Of a DNA stretch of 64,000 nt, positions 58,401-64,000 are shown one piece after another (within the stretch, counting starts at the first letter, position 1; each line of letters opens with the position of its first letter). The notes under the pieces are model-generated. The model was not told the origin of the DNA and did no database searches. It saw nothing but the letters and a program-made list of their open reading frames with translations. The stretch is from Orbicella franksi (taxonomy: Eukaryota). Both the position numbers and the translations under genes were made by a program. Location: NCBI GenBank assembly GCA_964199315.1, contig OZ116700.1:9176001-9240000 (forward strand). Direction: 5' to 3'.

Positions 58401-61400
58401 AAGAGACATACAATTTGTCGATGACAGGTCTGAAAATACTGTTTTGGAAAACAGTTTGTCGGTAAAGTTATCGAAGTGCCTGGTTACTACGCTGTAGCAC
58501 GCAAATACTGTTGAATAGTTACATAAGCAAGGGTTCAAACTACTGTATGTTCCCATTTGGGTAGAGAGTACAGTTTCAGGGACATTGTATTAGTATTGTA
58601 GTACATTGTAGGAACATGGGTTGTTCAATTTTGGAAATAATGGTTATGGGATGTAAAGGCTTTTCTTTTTGTTCTCCACAATGATTTTAAGCGTCAATCG
58701 TGCGATATTTGTGGACTAAGACCGAGACAAAAACCTTCAAAAAATGCTAAAGAAATCTCCGCCTAGGAAACCTTGGATGTAATTAAAGAAGGTCTAGATT
58801 ACAGCACAGATTTTCTAATTAAAACGTAAGTGTCGATGTACTCGACAGCTTTTAAGCTAACTATAACAGTTAAAACAACTGTTATCGTTCCAAATTATAC
58901 TGGCACAAAACACGATCTCGTAAAGCCATCAAAATCCTCCAAAAACACCAACAAGGACAACACACGACAAAAATATTGGAGACAGAAGCGAAATCAGGTT
59001 TGTCACTTGTTAGATGAATGCTTTTTACTATGCCAGATAACAGCTAAGAGTTGTACTTCATAAAACGGGCGAGTATTTCCTGCAATGAGATATTGAGAAA
59101 ATTTCCGTCGTGGATATTACTACTTGAACAACAATAGGTTGTTCAGTTGTTCAGGAACAGATTTCGAGAGCGTTTTACTTTCCACTTTACATTCTTCAAA
59201 TTACCAAAACCCTACTAAATTGTCGGTTTTGATTTCTATGCACTGGAGCCTTGTCTGCCACCCAGGATGAGTGTGAAGATTTCGAGAAGGATTATGCATA
59301 GGACAGGGAAACTGCATGGACTGCCGACGTTTCAACCAGTAACAGCTGCTAGTGGCTGCAAACTTTGCCAAAGCCTTCGATTCATGTGAAGCACTCTTAC
59401 CAGACTGAGTATTGCAGCTATCTTCTAAGGCATCGAGGAACGCAAGTTCAGATGATATACCAAAACAGGTGGATCCATGATCCATGCAAGGCTGAATTTT
59501 ATCTGAAACTAAGACGGGTGGTTTTTTATCACTCGCTATTGATAAATTTCGTATTTTAGATAAACTCTGACACATACATTAAATGGAATTCTTAAGACTA
59601 AAATTTGAACAAATATGCAGGTGTAACCTTTCCAACTTATAAGCGTAAAATGTTGTGATTTTCTATTTGACATGCGCGTATTACCAATAGATATAGGCCT
59701 AGGGTAGCCAGGTGATGTAATTTTTGAGCAATATACGAATGCACCCTAGTCTAGCCTTGAATGTAATCGCTAACAACCATTGTCCCCGTGTTCAACAGAC
59801 GTGCATGTGCTGGGAACTCGGCCAAGCAAGTCAGCCAGCTTATGTAATCAGGACCAAAATGATCTCCTCCGTCTGTTTTGATTTAAAGGGCACTCAGTTG
59901 ACCTTAATTATTTTACATGCAAAGAAACAAACCAAGGCAAACTGATAATCGAGCGTTCAAAATAGTCCAACTCCAGGACGTCATTTGGTTTTAAAGGGAA
60001 CTCTAATTTCGAGGACAAGTTTATTCGAGTTAAAGCTAAGAACGGAAAATTTCCGCAATTCGAGGTGCAATTCAAAGTTAAGTCTAAGTTTATATTGCAT
60101 ACGTTTTTTTACTTATGACTGGTGCTTGCTCTTCCTTGTGCTGTAACAATGTCCAAACGACGCAGACGTAACACGACCTCATGATTCCACGAGATACCCA
60201 GAGGTTCTTCTGCCTTCTTTCAACATATATTTTTTGGTCTTACAGAGATAGTCCTGGCAGCTGGTTCTCACGTGTCATATGCAGGAGCAGCCAACATTTT
60301 GTACTATGACAGTTCTACTGGGGACACCTACAACTTGGACGCTGGCTGGAACAAGCCCTACTATATAGACCCGGCCCAGATCCCTGAACATCACTCAGAA
60401 CTTGGCAATGGGGCCACAGTGCTAGTCCCAGGGTTCATAGCAGGAGTATCTATGGCTTCAGAGAAGTATGGCTTGCTACCCTTTTCAAAGCTGCTGGAGC
60501 CCGCGCAATACTTTGCCATGAAAGGATTTAAACTTCCACCTGATTTAGCGGAAAATATAAGAAAACACTATAACCCGAGAGGCCTTCTTCGCACTAAGGA
60601 AGGTATGGTTGACGTTTTTTACTTGTACTGGAACAGCTCAGTTTTGGTTATCGGCTATACCAGATAAGAATATAGAACACTCCTCGAGATTACATACTAT
60701 TAAGTTTCCCGAAGCATTTGGAGGTCTTATAAGACTAAGACTGGAAGTGACGGACTGAATCCTCTTCTGGCCATTCAACCTCATTTCTAACAAGTACGCC
60801 CTCAGAGTTTGAACTGCATGTCAGTTGACAAAATTCTGAAACATTAAAGCGCACTATAAAATGTTCATTTCTGCTTCACTTATCCAAATTGATCGAAAAC
60901 CAGTGTGTCTATATGTGAAACGCTAAAATGGCTCCAATTTTAAGCGAGAAAAAGGGAGAACGGGTAAATTATGTCTATATTTCACCAAAGAAACTGGCAG
61001 CTGACAAGTTCAAGGAACTCATCAATTGAGGATCACCAAGGTTTTGCAATTGCCATTTATAATCCTCCCCAATTTGGATGGATCCTTTTTCATACAGTTA
61101 GTGTAAATTGTAATTAAATACTTGGCAAGAGTCCTTCGGTCAAGGATTTCCCCTCATTTTGTTCATAAATCCGTTCGACCTTCAAAGCTTTAGTATGTAC
61201 CTGTTTTAATATCTTTGTTCATAGGAAAGCAGATTTTCACCAACCCCAAAACAAGGAAACTCTACAAAGTTGGAGAGCGATTCAGGCAACCTAAATTAGG
61301 AAAATTCCTCAAACGTCTCTCCAAATACGGAAAGGACTATTTCTACCGTGGTCACTGGGCCGAGGACATGGTTGAGACTATTCAAAGCCATGAAGGATAC

Positions 61401-63161
61401 GTCACAATGGAAGACATGACTGAGTATCATGTGACGTCACCCGAACCCGCCAGTACCTTATACCAGAGGTATCACGTGTTGACGTCAGGTGGGGAATGGG
61501 GTGGTGCTGAACTGGTGGAGAAGTTAAACTTGATGGAATTGGCGGGAATCGGGGAATCCACTGACTCTTACTTGACAAATGCCACAAAGCTTTTCTGGCT
61601 CGCTTCCATAACACGTCTTAGCTCTTTCATTTCGTTTTTCACGCACGCTGTCCCAGATGGAAAGCAGCTTCTCAAGGAGCAACTTGGCGTGGATGCTGAC
61701 AACTCGTATCGGAAAACAAAGGACGCTGCAGAGGAGCTGTGGGACAAAATTGCCTCTCCAGAGAAGATGAGAGACGTAAACGAAATCATGCGAGAGATGT
61801 TGGCAAGTGTTGAGATGGACATGGAACAACATTTGCACAGCTCGTCTGGCGTAGTCGCAGTGGATAGTGCTGGAAACATGTGCTCCTTGGTGCATGGCAC
61901 AAACAGCGGGATTTGGGGAACTAGCCTTTTCGTGCAGGGAGTAAGTCTTCCAGGTGCTGGAATCGCTTTGAAATCCTTAATAACAGAGACCAAAAGTGGC
62001 AAACGAGTACCATCAGGGCTCCAACCTGTAATTATCTTCAAAGAAGAACCTCGAGAATTTGATGGATTCGGTCGCAGATTCAGACGGGACGTCTCTATTG
62101 CAAAAAAGAACAAAAACCGACTTTCGATCAAGAAGAAAGGATTTTCAAATCATGGATACACCAGGATGGAAGTACCTCAAAAATTGGTGGTTCTCCGAAC
62201 GCAGAACAGAGTCAGATCGGAACTGTTAGATGAATCGCGCGCACAGGCATATGAGCAAGAAAAGCAAAAAGAACACCGCCAGCTTGAACACTTGAAAAAA
62301 CTTGCCGAGCTTGCAGAAAAGGAACACCCGGATTACGGTCAATCTGATTTTCCAGGAGAATTGACATTTTCTCGACGGACCCAGAAAAGAGAAAGGTCAG
62401 AGATGCTCCAGGAGACTAAAACCACAAAGAAGTTATCAATTCACCGTGAACAATCCATCCCACCTACGGAGACGCTTGAAGAAGTTGAAGAACTGCACCC
62501 TACTGATCCATTTTCCTTGAAGACAACCCGCAATCAACCACCCGAAGCGGAACACCCTGATGTCAACACCATTCCTTCGGATGAAAAACAAGAAAGAGAG
62601 GAAGAGGAAGAAAATGAAAATGAATTTGAAGAGGAAACCATAGAAACAGAAGAACCAACGGAAGGAGAAGAACGACAAAAAGAGGAAGCCATCGATAAAG
62701 ACGAGTCCAAAGAATTTCCCCATCTGGGAATTCCTGACGCTTGGAAGTCGGGCACTATGATGAATGATGTAGACGAGTTAATGTTCCGTGCCGGCTTGGT
62801 GCCAGTATTGGCTCTTGCATGCAACGGTCCTTCGCATCCTCTTGTTATCCCACAGTACTTAACGAATATCTTAGACAGTGGAATGAACCCTAAAGCAGCC
62901 CTGGAAGCTCCAACATTCCTCGCTCCAAGCCCTCATTCTTTCCAGCAGGACATTCAGGTGGAAAAATATACTATCGACGAAAATGTCTTGCAAGATATGA
63001 ATGAAATTGGACAGCAATTGACAGAAGTGGACCCACAGACGGCAGAAGAAGTAGCGGGAACTGGGGTGGCTGTCACCCTCGACAGTGACAGGAAAATGCT
63101 TGGCTGCGCGCATCCATCCAAGGGAGGATTGGCCGAGGGCTTAAAGGTACTAGAAGAGTGA
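55405..63161 (+). CDS. Secreted gamma-glutamyltranspeptidase-fold (Ntn hydrolase) protein, 3 exons, ~862 aa
   Basis: Exons 55405-55699, 60246-60602, 61225-63161 (phase 1/1, 2589 nt). Signal peptide MNRLIFVALVFLSLVCGAFA. GGT-family motifs: GMVAG..LAVHAGTEALKKGGNAMDA, VLVPGFIAG, LPFSKLLEPA..FAMKGF, FRQPKL, YFYRG, VTMEDM..Y, VVAVDSAGN, ILDSGMNP..ALEAP. Confidence 0.88.
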
Positions 63162-63729
63162 GAAAATGTCTTGCTTCGACTCTGGAAACGGTATCCGATG
63201 TCATATTATACGGCAGACAAACATAGCATATTATATAATTCCAACAAAACGTATCTATGTACAAATCCTTTCTCGGAACTTTTTAAAAGTTAGAAATGTT
63301 AAGTTAAATATGTATGGGAATATAAACGTCTTCAAAACTATCTATTTTTGTATGAACGTAACGACGTTTGACGTTTGGATATCGAGTAGTTTAGATAAAG
63401 TGAACGTTACCTAACCAAAAGAAGGCTCGGAAGGTTTTTCAGTTTTTTTTTTCAGAAGTCTCGAATCACAGATATTCCGCTTTCATAATGCAACAAAATG
63501 AACAATTGATTAAGTTTGATCTAAACTACACAGTAAATTGTCTTGAACACGAAAGTATCAGTGGCTTGTCCGTAATAAAGAGCCTAAGTTGATATCAATT
63601 TGCTCTCCGGAGCCGCGATTTATTGTCCGTTGTTCGCACTAGATAGCGTTCGCAAAAGTTAGGCGTACCCGAAAGGAGACGCTCGACTGTATTGTAGCTA
63701 ACGTGATGACGCTCCCACTTCATCAGAAC

Positions 63730-64000
63730 ACGTTATGTTAACGACTGGCCTGTTAACATCACTTGTCAACAATGATGTCAACTCAAGTTAACATCAGTGT
63801 AGACGTGTCAACAAGTTATCATGTTAACATGGTGACATGGTTTTTCTGATGTTCACTAGTGAACACGCGTGCATGTTTTAAAACGTGTTAACGTTAGCGT
63901 TAACATGTCATAACTCGTTAACAAGTGTAGACATGTCAGCTAGTCATCATGTTAATACGGTGACATGTTTATTCTGTTCACTTGTGAACACGCGTGCATG
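63730..64000. repeat. Tandem repeat, ~128-bp period, running off the window end
   Basis: GTGTAGAC..GTCA...TCATGTTAA..GGTGACATG...GTGAACACGCGTGCATG at 63797 and 63925. Confidence 0.75.

Noticed and set aside
61402-63113. Several minus-strand ORFs of 70-187 aa
   Set aside because: Antisense shadows of the GGT-like exon 3.

Overview
Eukaryotic, intron-containing, AT-rich metazoan DNA, most likely an anthozoan such as a stony coral (inferred from the repeat families and gene content, not proven). Main contents: (1) a 6-exon WDCP orthologue (minus, 4440-11437); (2) a tandem array of five apparently intronless BTB-BACK-Kelch genes K1-K5 (minus, 15231-39892), two intact, one with a single nonsense codon, one kept open by compensating indels and one frameshifted; (3) a 9-exon HUNK-like kinase (minus, 34965-54876) whose last intron appears to contain K5 on the same strand and whose terminal exon was co-duplicated with the array; (4) a divergently transcribed, secreted gamma-glutamyltranspeptidase-fold gene (plus, 55405-63161) with non-canonical catalytic residues and a ~250-aa charged insert; (5) many MITEs and tRNA-derived SINEs. 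The most striking observation is that all five Kelch reading frames end in a CaaX prenylation box (KCVI-T/M/V) and differ mainly in the propeller loops. This suggests a rapidly evolving family of membrane-anchored CUL3 adaptors born inside or beside a kinase gene. Exon structures and alignments were worked out by hand and need RNA or database confirmation.
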